The notes beneath the pieces were generated by a model. It did no database searches. It was not told the origin of the DNA and was given only the letters and a program-made list of their open reading frames with translations. A stretch of 64,000 nucleotides of DNA from Lobosporangium transversale. Taxonomy: Eukaryota. The first letter of the stretch is position 1. Every line of letters starts with the position of its first letter. The stretch is from assembly GCF_002105155.1 (NCBI RefSeq), contig NW_019028991.1, positions 620,001-684,000 on the forward strand, in the 5' to 3' direction. A program made the position numbers and the translations under genes. This document shows positions 46,130 through 59,281 of this stretch, one piece after another.

Positions 46130-49100
46130 TTACTTGGCAGCATTTATCGTTGTCGTTGTCGTCGTCGTCGACTTGACCGTCTCTGAAAGGTCCAGGTGTG
46201 ATGGATGTGCCAGAGCTAGCTCTCCTAGCCCAGGCATTCTATCAGCGCTTTCGCCTTGACCCTGGATCATCAAATTCGAAGTGAGCGAATTGATAGATCC
46301 GCCAAGACCTACATCAGCCATATTAATAGTTGTTTGTGACCGTCCCTGAGTCTGTTGAAGACATCGTGTGCTGGAGCTATCCTTCCCATCATCATCGTCA
46401 TCGTCGTCGTCGTCGTCGTCGTCATCATCGTCATCATCATGGGCACGACGACGTCGCCATATCCCCCCAGTCTCATATCCAAAACGAGGATTCTCATTTG
46501 CCTCCAGAACATCATCTTCAGGGTCTCCAAAAATCATGCTAAAGAATGCTCCTGCAGTTTCACGGACATTGGTGGTGGTGGCCGTACCTTTGCGGCTAGG
46601 ACCATTTATCGCTAAAGCCCCAGAAACGACGCCCATGGATCCTGTCCCCCCTGTCACAGGATTAATGGTAGAAGATGGTGCCCCAGCGGCACTGTTGTTA
46701 CCACTGTTGGGGCTGAAGTCTCGGCTTAGTTGATGGCGAATGTTATTACCTTGTCCATGACTGACCGTATGACGATGCAATGATGGTCCTGAAAACATAG
46801 TTGAGCGAACAGTCAAGGGCATCACCGTCGATCCAGATGTTGAAGGAGTCGTTGTTGTATCTTTGACAAAAGCCACTCGTGGACTCTGATTTGCAGAGCC
46901 AGGTTGCTGTAGCGAATTTTGCAGAGCAGTACTGCTGTGATGAGCTGGCCCAGATGGGCCTGTTTGGTAGGGATGACGAACACTCAAGAATGGTGAAGGG
47001 AAAGTAGCCGATTGTGGCGAGGCCACAATATTAGATCCTTTGTCGCCCATGACGATATTGTCCATAGCTGCAGAAAATGGCGCAGTAGGAGCAGCAGCAG
47101 TAGTATTAGTAGTGAAGCCCACACAGCATTCTTCAGGAAGAAGTGGTACTGGAGGCATAGAAGCACTGCGTCTACAACGCGTGTTATTGCTAATAGATGC
47201 TCCATGGCCACCTATGAGGTGAGGTATTGGTGGAGGTTGCAGCGTTGATGAGCGAGGTGCAGATGGAGAAAACTTGCGCAGGTTGGGCATGAAATTCGAA
47301 TGGTTCATCGAGTCACCCATAATCATGGCTCTTGGTGGTGATGTCGCCAAGAATCCACTACTAGAGATGTGCTCGCTGCCACTACGGACACCATCATCTG
47401 ACCTACTGTTATTACGTGAATGAGCATGGACTTTTACGGCTGGACCATCTATCGCTGCTACAATAGAACGCATGCCCGATCTATCATCCTGGAAGGACCT
47501 CTTCTCGTCATATCTATCCCATTGTGATGATCCAGGTAGTCCTGTAGTAGGCGCTGGGGTGTTGGGCGACGAATCTGTGAAACAGCCTTGCCAGTTGGAT
47601 GGTGATGGAAGGGAAATACTCTTACCATTCTCAAGGCTGGATGCAATGGTGTTTCTACGCTGAGCTAGTTGATAGTGATGCTGATGGTAATGCATATGTT
47701 GCTGATGTACCTTATCCATGATATGAGGAGTCAACAGGTGCTCATTCTCCTTGCCTTCAACTCGGAATTCCAATTTTCCTGCAGTTGCAGAACTGTTCAG
47801 AGCAAAGCCCACCTCGACTGTATCATCCAGATCCCAATATCGGTAGAGAGGATTTCTGGGCAACCAGAGCTTGCGATTCAAGGGCTTAAGCAGTGCTGGA
47901 TGGACATATGTCTCAAAATCTGAGGTCTGATCCTGATAAACAATCTTGGAAGGCGTATGGTCGAAATGTGAAGCCAGGTGTGATCCCATGCCTAAATTAT
48001 GGAATTCGTAATTTTCTACGTAGAAGCCATATTCATCCAAGAATCCTGTGGGGTGGTGATGGTGATGGCGATGGTGATGGTGATAATGGCCATTATTGTC
48101 TTTCTCATCCATCAATGACGATGGGATCTCAGTTTGAGGTCCATCCCTCGGGTCATCTCCCACTGTGAACAATTTGATCTCACGAGTCGAGCCTTGTTTC
48201 GAGGAGAGCTGTGAAGATGAGTCCAGGATATCCTTAGTATGGATCTTGAGCCCCAGCGAGTTCCGAGAACTGCTTTTTTGTGGTGCTTCCACATCTTGAA
48301 GATCTTCCATCATGCCAGACATACTGAGGCCCAAGTTTTCCGCACCCATGTAATATCCGCTTGCATTCGATGTTCTCTTTTCTGATCGGTTACCTGACAT
48401 CTTGGTTGAGGAAGAGCTGCTCATGACCGGTGAAGTGCCAGCCATTTCTATTTTTTCAGAGTCATGGCTATTTCTTGCGACTTTCTGATGTCCATTCGCC
48501 TCGGCAGGCTGAGACTTGCCTAAAGTAGCTACATTGCACCCATTCACAACACCATCATCGTTGACAGCACCAGAAGAGCCACCATCATCCATGTCAACAC
48601 CTTCATCGCTCTGACCAACCTTCCTTCTACGCAAACTTTGAGGCCTCACGATGGCACTCGAACATGCTAGCTCAGCTTTTGCCAGCATAGGGATCTCATT
48701 CATCGTGTAGGATGAATCATCATCAAAATTTCGCAAACCGGTGTCCAGCGGCAAAAACTTTGTCCTTGATCTGAATAGATCGTGACAGAGAATCTTGAAA
48801 TAAGCTGTAAATCCGATCAGGGTAACACAAAAGAAACCTGCAACGAGAGCCTTCTTTGACCAAAGGATTCCGACCATCATGATCTGAAAGATGATAAGGC
48901 CATCAGTTGTGTACTGGAAAACATGTCGGAAGAATTTGCCACTGTTTTCGTATTTGCGGATGTAACAGTATGCCAGCTGATGCTTGAAGACCAGGAGCGC
49001 AAAAGCGAAATATACTACAGCAGCCACGAGGATTAATGGATTAATGAGTGAATAGATAAAGGTGATGACGATAGAGAGAATGTTTTGCGGATAATAGTAA

Positions 49101-51614
49101 TAATATTGGAATGCCCACGGCGTAGAAGCTCGCTGAAGCGATCGAGGTGTCTGTGTCAATTTTCGAGCGGTGGCAAATGCATGAACGATCAATTGAGACC
49201 AAACCTGGACAAGTTCCAGTGCATGCGTGCAGGTGTTGAAGACAATGTAAAAGACAAAAAAAGTTGCTCCGAGAGGCAAACTATCGGCAAGAAGAGTGAA
49301 AATGTTGGTCGGTTGTTGAATCAATGTGAGAATAGTTTTCAATATGGCAGTTCCGATCATGAAGACGAACAGAACGTTGAAGATCAGGAAGTGATAGTAA
49401 CGTCGAAAGACTCTGCCTTCTAGGGCTGAATAGGACACTGGTAACTCTTGCTTTGTGATTTCTATTCACAGAAAAAAAAAAAAAAAAAAAAAAAAAAGTT
49501 GTTTGTGTAACAAACATGTGTGGTTCATTTTTAGTGTTTGGTGTTGTGTATGGACATGAATATTCTTCGTTAAAAAAAAAAAAAAAAAAAAGTCGCTTGT
49601 CTGACCTAGGATGATGACAGGAGCAAGGGCCAAAAAGATGGTGACAAAAACAATGGGAAGCACATTCTGTATTAATGACTGAATCAAAGGCGATGCCTTG
49701 AGGATCGGTGCTAGGAACTTGAATTTTTCAGACAAAGCATCTGCAGAGGTCAGCAGCAAGAAAGACGAGGTCGGGAAGATCCAAAAAATAGTCAGCACCC
49801 TATGGAAACAAATGATGTAAGAGCATGAGGATGGATGAGAATGAAGATTCCATTCATTATCGGGTTCCAGGATGAGGAGGCGACCAATATAAGTTAAGAA
49901 AAAAACAAGGTTAGATATTAATATTTTAGTTCGGTTACTTGTTTTTTTTTTAAAAAAAGGACCCACCAAATACTCAGGTTGACCACAATAGATCGTGAGA
50001 AGCGATTGCGAAAGCTAGAAGTCAAATTACTCCAGAGCACATCTCTTGGCTCCATAGCTAGTCTCACATTCAGACCCTGAGGTCTGGAATCGATCTTGGC
50101 TTGAGCACACAATTGTGCAGATAAATGATGTTTGAACGTGACAAATCCAAAGGATGTCGACTTGTATCTCAAAGATCCATCCCGCAGCTCGCCTACTTTT
50201 CGATCCAATTTGTTGTACTTGCGAACCAAATAATCAATCGAATTGACACGATCTCCTCCTTTCTTAAATCGATGGACCTGACGGGTGGGTTGAAAATTGT
50301 CGAGTATCTGGCGATCCAAGGCTGCAAGTGCATTCCAGACCGTATTATTATCACTAACGCTGCCTTGGTCATGTCGATGTAACTCTTTATTATAATCATT
50401 ATCCTCATCTTCTCCATTTTCTGCCTTGCCATGGACATAGACATCAATCAAATCCGAATGTTGAGAGAGTGCAGAGAGTGGTATATTGAGCTGGGGCTGT
50501 TGTTGCTGTTGTGAATTAGATCGTTTATGTCCTTCTCGTCTATGTACGAAAATGGATTTGCGAACTTTACGATACTGCTTATTATCCAAATGAAGGTCCT
50601 GAGCCATCCTCTCTAACGTTATCATATCCATGCTCTGAGCTGTGGTTGAATTACTCTTATTGTGCTTTTGTTGACGTTGATGGTGATATGGGGACTGCGG
50701 CTGTGACGATGGTTGGAGAAGGGGTTGGTCCTGAGTGATCGAACTTGACAGGGGCGATGGCTGGACTCTGAATTTACCCTGCCTGATACTCTCTAACACT
50801 TCCTGAGCAAGCTCTATATGAGCCTTTTCCAGCATATTTAACACGCTCTCTCTCCTGTCGAGCTTTTGATTGAGTCGACCACAATGTTGAACTACAGTTG
50901 CAGACTCGACAGGGCCCATTTTGAGCGATTCGAAATACTGTTTCAATGCTGCGTCCGAACGTAGGTTTGAGGGTAATCGACTAAGAAAGATGGAACGCTC
51001 TGCAATCTCTCCTTGACGAATCCGTTGGAGTGTATACTCCCTTCTCAGGTCCATCCACTGCCAATAGTTCTTGAAGAGCAAGAACATCCAGCTGATCGTG
51101 ACAACGTAGGTGAGAATAACATGAGCCCACAACACATCTGAGCTATCCGCGAGGTTGGCGATACTCAATCGAGGTACTTCTGTTTTATTACCATCTCCAT
51201 AATAATGAATTGGAAAGAGGATTATGCCAACCACAATTGCGTTGAACACACAGAACTGGAGACACATTCGAAGGAACCGTAAAAACATGACTGCATCCAG
51301 ACCAACGTTCGCAATGTAAAATTCCTCCGATAATCGAATTGTTGGTAAGATCCAGCCCAAGAATTTCATTGACAAGGGTGGCGAAGGGTTCCTGCATGTT
51401 GGTTTTTTTTTTTTAGGGCAAAGAAGATGAAATTAAAAATTAAGATAGTTTTGCACCGTTAGACCCTGCTGTATCAAAAATCGACATCTTATTCTGTTCA
51501 AAAGTAAAATAAAGTATAAAATATAAAATATAAAATAAAAAGACCGAAGGTGTGGGAGGAATGTGGAGGTGTGAGGTGCGAAATAATGTTGGTTCCTGAG
51601 ACAAGGAGGTTTTA

Positions 51615-51648
<34 letters not shown>

Positions 51649-51814
51649 ACATTTTAAGTCGACATCGAGGTGAGTACAAGTATTGAAGAGTCTTTTTGCG
51701 TCTATTCCATTCGAACACTCCGATGCAGACGACACTGACACCAGCACTGAGTCCAATCTGAGCAACCAGACCGTCGAATGTCGGTACAATGAACCGGGAC
51801 TTGTAATACGACAT
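46130..51814 (-). CDS. CSC1/OSCA/TMEM63 family calcium-permeable channel (RSN1-like), multi-exon
   Basis: Motifs YLYSPR, GLDAVMFLRFL, LWAHV, GFVTFK, AMEPRDVLWSNL, NPLIL and YENSGKFF; very long low-complexity C-terminal tail. Confidence 0.9.
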
Positions 51815-53355
51815 TGTTCTGGCTTCAAGCTTCACACGCCCCTGGTAGCAGAGATCCCGCTTCTCTCCTGATTAGATGTACTGTGCTGTCGCTGAATGGC
51901 TAGTAGAATGGAATGCCACAGGATGGAGTGAATGAAAGAAGAAGGAGAAGGAGAGAAGGAATTGTGTATATTTTTTTTTGAATGTATTTTTGGAGTCGTA
52001 AAAAAAAAAAAAAAAAAAAAAAAAATTAAAGTGCTTTTTTACAAAAGAGTGTTTTATATGAAGCACTTTGTGGGATAAAATAAGACAGAAAAGGAGTTGA
52101 ATAGTTAAGATGAGAATGATGAAGTAAAGAGATAGAAGATAAGGAGGAAGAAGAAAGAGAGTCCAGCTATAGGTGAATAATAAGAAAGGTACAGAGGGAA
52201 AGAGGAGAGGAGAGGAGAGATCAACAATTGTGCAGCGATCCCCGTCTTCCTGTGAAGCTGACAATTATTTTTTGTTGCCAATAAAGTCAATGAATAAGAG
52301 AGAAAAATACGTTCAGTGCCAGAATTGGGTGGGAGAGTGAAATTGAATTGAGATACCGGTTTGAGCTAGGCTTGCTTATAACAAAAAACCAACCAACCAA
52401 AAAGAGCACTGGATGCGAGTGCTTCCTCCACTCAAGCAAAAAACACACTCCAAGGAAATTGATGAATCACTTTTCCTTCATTCCTTCATGGAAAAAAAAA
52501 AAAAAAAAAAAAGACAGCCCAACGCCACCTTCAGCGCAGCTCCTTTGTTTAATAAGAGTAATAAGACGTAAAAAGAGTATGAGCAGAGACATTTTAATCA
52601 GGAAAAGAGAGGGGGAGAGAAAGTGAGGGCTTTTCTTCAATCTCCATTTTTCATCTCTAACGATAAAGGCTGTGTGTTTGGAATGACCGCCTCTCTTTTC
52701 TCTTCCCGTTGTGCATCCACATTCTCTGCTACATTTTTTGTTAATTTTGGTGAAACGTTTGATGGATCCATCCTGAAACTATTTGTCCACCCGGACAACA
52801 ATCACCATCTCTTTGTAACTCAGTTGATCGTCTGTCGTCACCATCGAAATCTTCGAGATCATACATACACATTTACATTTTTATAAAACATTTGTATATA
52901 CAAAAATAACAACACCAGAAGAAAGTATATACTATGTTATATGTATATATATATATATATATATACATGCTTTTAATGGCGAGCAGATGCTAGTTATGCA
53001 GAAACTGGGGCATTGAAAGAACAAAGCCGTCAATATGCATGACCTAATGCGAATTTAATTATAGTGAACTCAAATGACATGACAGAGTACGGACCAATGA
53101 ACCATTGAAAGCACAGCTTCAGTCTGTCAAATCCGACGGAGAATGACAGATAAATAGACGGATATTCCTTTTCCCCCTTTTTTTTAAAAAAAATACATGA
53201 ACTTTGTTTCCATGTGGGATTTGACGGTCATCAATTAGCCATGAATATCAGAGCAGGAATGATTTTATTATTTATGCACGTATTGAAAATATAAAATGCA
53301 GTTGAAAAAACGGTAGAATGTACATGTCATATGTCATATTGAAAGAGCAAACAAT

Positions 53356-55942
53356 CTACTTCTTGTTCTTTTTCTTCTTTTTCTTCGATCCTGTGGCTGA
53401 AGGCGCTGGCGAGGAATCCATGCTATCAATCATATCATCCGAAGGACTTTCTGCTGTCGTATTTTCAAACACCGTAGTCGGTGTCAGAGGCTCTTTCATC
53501 GTCGCCGTTGTAGACGTTGCTATAGAGGCCACCGATCCTGTGGACTCTATTGATTTCTTGACCGAATGCTTCCCTCCTTGTTCATCCATCTCTTCTGTCG
53601 CTGCTGATGCTATCTCGGGAATCACTTTCAAATCACTTAGATGAGATGAATACTGCTGTACTTGATAGGGACGCTGCCTCTTTTGTTTGGCATTTTCCAT
53701 CAAACTTCCTTGCCCGCTCAAGTCTTCAGCAATCGACTGTGGATGGCGGCGCTCTGGAGGCGCTTTGGTAGCCGGATCATGAGAAGATATCTTTGGCGTA
53801 GAAATACGACTACTCTTGATCGATCCTGTCCTGAACGCGCATTCGTGATCTTCATTCAACAAGGGCTGGTTCTCCCTGCCTAAAGCCTCTGTAGATGTAT
53901 TCCTTGATAGTAAAATGGTCTTTCCTGTAGACATGTAATGCTTCGGGTTCTCCACCGAGTGCCCCGTCAGATTGGGCTCGCCTGTAGACTGTTCTTTAGT
54001 GCTTGAGCTGTTCACAGGGGCATTATTAGGCACTAGAAGTGGTGTCGGCGCTGGAGACTGGAGAAAGTTCTTCAGGTTCTTGATCATGTTGACATTTCTA
54101 GTTGGTTTCCGAATAACCTTGATCTTGTTGTGAACATCCACATATACATCCGATTCATCCACAATCTCTTCGCCCAGCAACTCCTCGATTACGTCCTCCA
54201 ATGTGATTACTCCTACAGGAGCTCCAAATCCACCTGGTTCCGATGTCACCATAGCCATATGAGATCGTCCCTCCTGGAAAAAGTTGAGAATGTCCAAGCA
54301 ACTGGTGTTAGGAGCAGCTTCTGGCAACGAGTTGATCGTAAATTGTCGTACTGGAATATGGTCCTGAGGATCATAGGTAATGAGTCGCTTGACCAACAAC
54401 ATCCCAATAAAGTTACTTGGATCGTCGTGGCGGTAGATCGGGATACGCGAATAACCAGCAGAAACAATTTCTTCCATCAAATCTTCATCAAGGATAGCAT
54501 CTTCACTCAATGTGAACACGTCTTCTAGTGGCGTCATCACCTGAGAAACGGATTTTTCCTTCAGATCCAGGACAGAAGCAATAATCGTCACTTCATCATC
54601 TGTCAATTCGCCAATCCCATCGACTTGGTGCAACGAAACAAGCGTCTTGAGTTCGGTCCTACGATAAGTCGTTCCGTGATGGACTCCGAGCCATGAATCC
54701 AGGATCATGGCAATTGGATAGGCGATAGGCGACATGATGTACATAAAAACCATCATTGGTTTAGCACAGTGAGCTCCAATAGCAAGGCCATAGCGCGCAC
54801 AGATTGCTTGAGGGATGATCCTAGAGGTACGAATTGTTGGTGCATGCTTGGATTCATTAAAAATATAGTAACGGAATTAACAAATACAAAATGGAACACG
54901 CCAGCTTATTCAATCACATCGATCATGCTGGTTTGCTTACTCTCCAAAGACTACAATCAACATTGTTGAGATTAAAATAGCGACGATCCCCCCTCCTAAT
55001 TCAGAATCTAAAACAACGGGCAGCGTCTCGTTCACGATAACGTTTCCTAAGAGCAAAGTCACTGTGATTTCATCGTGCGTAACATAAATGGTCCATTAAA
55101 TAAAAATATTCCGAACTTGATGAAATTGAGACTAAAAAGCTCGTGGGCCAATGAAAGTGAAGGAATATTCATCTTTACCTAAAACCCAGTGCTTCCCTCT
55201 CGAGAGTAAGCCATAGACGATTTCGGCATGGATTTGCTCTTTAGGACTTCCAGAAGCCATAAGTACATGCAGATTGGTTTCGTCCAAGCCCATCAGTCCA
55301 ATTGTCAAACCTTGAGACAACATGAAATAGCAGCATGCTTACAGTGAGAACAAGAACCCTTTCAAATAGAGTGGAGCACAGCACCAATAACATTTCCTCA
55401 AAAATAGGAAAGAAACATGTCCAACTGTTTACTTGTGGACTTTTTTTGGATACAACTTCAGCGGAGAACAAAAAAAAAAAAAAAAAAAAACTGAACCTAC
55501 CTGCGAAGATGCCTCCGAGCATGACCAAAAAGACAATCAACGCCATCTTTAGCCAAAATTCAAGAGACGTTACATCGCCTTCTCCATGTTCGGGTTCATA
55601 TTCCTGCTTTGAGGCAAGCGCAAATGATTTAAACTCTGAATCTTTACAAAGAGCGAAGACTTGTTGTTGGTGTTGTTGTCGGTGTTGTTGTCGTGAGAAA
55701 GTCGAGGCCAACTTTGTCAAAAGAACAAAGTTTACAAAAAGAAGCACATAGATCACAATGTTTTTAAAGCCTAATGAATGCGGAGTAATATCTTGTTTGC
55801 TGACATCCTTCTTCATGTTTGTATCACTACTTTTACTGAGCGGCGGATCCGATTCTATTATAGGTATATCGACAGTAACTTCCTTTCCTCGCTGCTGTCG
55901 CCGTTGCTGTTGCCGGGAGTGCTGGTAAGATGAATACTCCAT
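53356..55942 (-). CDS. MAM3: DUF21/CNNM plus CBS-domain protein (Mam3-like), multi-exon
   Basis: Motifs [69 protein letters not shown] and [20 protein letters not shown]. Confidence 0.9.
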
Positions 55943-57139
55943 TTGTTTTGAAATTTGAGCTATTACTATTGTACGGATAAAGGGAAGGCAGGACCGATCA
56001 GTCTTTAACCAACTGTCCCTATCAGGAGAGGAAACAGTAGTGAAATGAAGAAATGAGAATGGGAAGGAGGAGAACTAGAATGTCAGCCTGCAAGATGAAT
56101 GAGGCGAATGAGAGACAAAAAATTATAAAAAAAAATAAAAAATAAAAAGCGGAAAAGACAAATAAAAGAAAAAGGACAACAACGCTTCGTTTACTCCCCC
56201 TTACTTTTTTCTTTCTTTTTTTTTTTTTTTTTTTTTTTGTACCCTAGACGAGTGGAGATATGCAAGTTCAAATGGTGCACGCGTTTGTAACCGATCTATC
56301 TGTTTCCAGCGTAACAATTGAATCAGCCAAGCAGAAATACTGCTTGAGCCACGTGATGGTATCCATTGCAATCGTTGGAGTAGCATGACTATGTGATCTT
56401 TAAAGTTTCTCCAGATCCAAGATCCGAATTGAACAAAATGCAGCATGGTCATATTCCAGAATAATAATAATACACATTTATATAAATATATATATCCATC
56501 CTTAGCAACAGATAGATAGACTATTGTAGGAGAAAAAAGCACGAATAATAAAGAAATGGAGGAGGGTGATGAAAAATCTAGATTCCAAACCAAGAAATAA
56601 TAATTGTCAAGATCATGACCAAATTGATATGGGTCTCTTAAACAGATTTGAACAAATCCGTAAAGCAAAGATTCGTTGCACAAGTTTAAAAAGACCTAAC
56701 CAACAGGACGCCACCAAAAATCCTTCACTCACCCAAAGTCAAAAAAAAAAAAAAAAAAAAAAAAAGTCAAAACAAAAAACATTCCGAGGTTCTCATTGGC
56801 CATCAGCCACAGTAGATAATTGCTCGACGTGATGGTGCCATCGACATCGCGGTCACGCCATCCAACCCAATCTTTTTTTGTCTGTGCCTCGCCCATTGAC
56901 CAATTAGTAACCATAGTCTCCTATATCACTTCTGTATTCATCGTCTTTTTTTTTTTCCCTCTTGTTCTTGCGTTTGCAGAAGAATCTCATTATCAATTCT
57001 TGTCTCTTCTTTCCTCTTCATTTTTAATCAGCTCTGTATCTTTACACAACTTTTGCTTTTCTTTTCTTTCTTTTCCTTTTATTCTTCCTCTTTATATAAT
57101 TCTCTCTCAAACAATCCAAACAAACACAAAAAGGTCGTC

Positions 57140-59092
57140 ATGGTCCGTTCAGCAATCGATCCCATCCGTCCTGGAGCATCCCTGATTCTCGCCTGGCAGA
57201 TCAAACATAAACATGTTGTCATTATCGGAGGCGGTTTTGTCGCTGCTGGACGTACGTATTGCTCTTCTTCCGGTGGTCGATCCTAGCCCGTGCAGCCCTC
57301 TTTTCAATCTTTTGTAGCTCCAAATGTTGAATATTATAATGAATTGTTTTGTTTTGGTCTGTGCATTGACAATACTCCTCCCTTTTTTTTTTATTAATCA
57401 CTTTTAGGCCTTGTGAATGTCTTGGAAGCAGACGCAAGAGTCACTTTGATCTGTCCAGAGAACGAAGAATTGTCAGAAACTGTACGCCAACATTTACAAG
57501 ACCATCCAGAGACTACTCGTCTTGTTGATAGGCCCTTTCAGGATTCAGACCTCACAACTCGGTTCGGTGAACATACAACAACAGTTGCCACAGTAACAGC
57601 AACAACACAAAACCAACATTCTATCGATACAGATAACAACTTGAATGGTGATCTCGAACCTGCTGTTGATATGGTTCTCTCTGCAATCGATGATATCCCA
57701 CTTTCAACCCATATCTATCACCTTGCAAAACGTCTTCGAATCCCTGTAAACATCGCAGATGTGCCTCCACAATGCGATTTCTACTTTTGTTCAACTCATC
57801 GTGACAAAGCCTTACAGGTGGCTGTCTCTACTTCCGGTAAAGGCCCTAAACTAGCCAACTTGGTTCGAAGGCATATTGCAGATCATTTGCCGTACAGAGT
57901 TGGAGATGCGATCGAGCAAGTTGGCGTCCTTCGTGCTAAACTAAGAAAAATGGCCCCTGGTCCTGAAGTAGGGCCTAAACGAATGCAGTGGATGAGTCGT
58001 GTTTGTGAGCAGTGGAAAATGGAGGACCTAGCAGAATTGGAGGAGAAGAGTATGCAGGTCATCTTATCAGGCTTTCGTGATGACAAGGTCTATTCATATG
58101 ATGAAGTCTTGCAAAAGTTGCGCCTTCTGGAGTCATCATCATTGTCATTGGCTGATCGTAAAATTGATGTGACCGCTGCTTTTGTGGAACAGAAACAAGA
58201 ACAAGAGGAACATAAACACAACGTGAGCGCTCAATCGCAAAGTGGCAGATTAATTCTTGTCGGTGCTGGTCCAGGCGATCCTGAATTACTGACTCGAAAA
58301 GCTGTTCGTCTGTTGGAGGAGGCTGAGCTCGTTGTTGCTGACAGACTGATTCCATTGGATGTACTTGATCTTGCTCGAGGTGAGGTACGTATCGCACCCA
58401 AGAAACGTACCATCCTTGCTATTGAACAAGAAAAGCGTGAGCAAATCCCAACTGGTTACGATAGCTCAGACAGCTCCGTCAGCTCCGTCAGCACTGTTTG
58501 CTCCGATAGCGACCAAGACTCGGTTCTACCAAAGTCAAGGTCTTCAGATTATATCCAGGACCAGCTTAATGAATGGTGTCTACAAGGTTTGCGTGAGGGT
58601 AAAACTGTTGTTCGACTAAAGCAAGGTGATCCCTTCATTTTTGGACGTGGTGCCGAAGAAATCTTGTTCTTCCGTGAAAAGGGGTTTGAAGCCGAGGTTG
58701 TCCCTGGAATCTCGTCTGCATTGTCTGCACCCTTGACAGCCAACATCCCCTTGACTCACCGAGGGTCCGCAGATCAAGTAGTTATCACCACAGCACAAGC
58801 TAAAGGAGGTGTTCTACCAGATAACTTCCCTACATATGATAGCAAGAGGACTGTTGTCATTCTGATGGGTGTAGGCAAGGCTAAGGAGATCTCGGATCTG
58901 ATGCAGTCACCAAAACTGAGCTGGCCAGCCAATATTCCCGTGGTTGTGGTTGAGAATGCTCATTGTCCAGAGGAGAGAGTGATGGATGCAACCCTTTCCA
59001 CCTTAGCACAGGTGGTAGAAGAGCAAAAGGCAGTGCCACCAGCTGTGTTTGTCATCGGGTGGGCAGGATCTGTTCTTCGCAAAGCCTTGTAA
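57140..59092 (+). CDS. MET1: Siroheme synthase: Met8-like dehydrogenase/ferrochelatase fused to uroporphyrinogen-III C-methyltransferase, one intron
   Basis: GASLILAWQIKHKHVVIIGGGFVAAG, PVNIADVPPQCDFYF and STSGKGPKLA, then LVGAGPGDPELLT, RLKQGDPFIFGRGAEE and VPGISSA. Confidence 0.92.
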
Positions 59093-59281
59093 TATTCACC
59101 ATCCATCACCTCACTGCATATTTAATTTATTTACGTCTGTATTATTTATATTTTAATCATATATCCTCCTGCGCATTGTACATAAACCCAAGATTGATCT
59201 CCTATTATGTTCACCCAGAGTGCTTACTCTTTTCTCTTTTGATGAATTATGAAGCTGTATTGTCGATCATGGCCGCTCTCC

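Noticed and set aside
56201..56914. ORFs between MAM3 and MET1
   Set aside because: They run through homopolymers in a divergent promoter region and show no recognisable coding signal.
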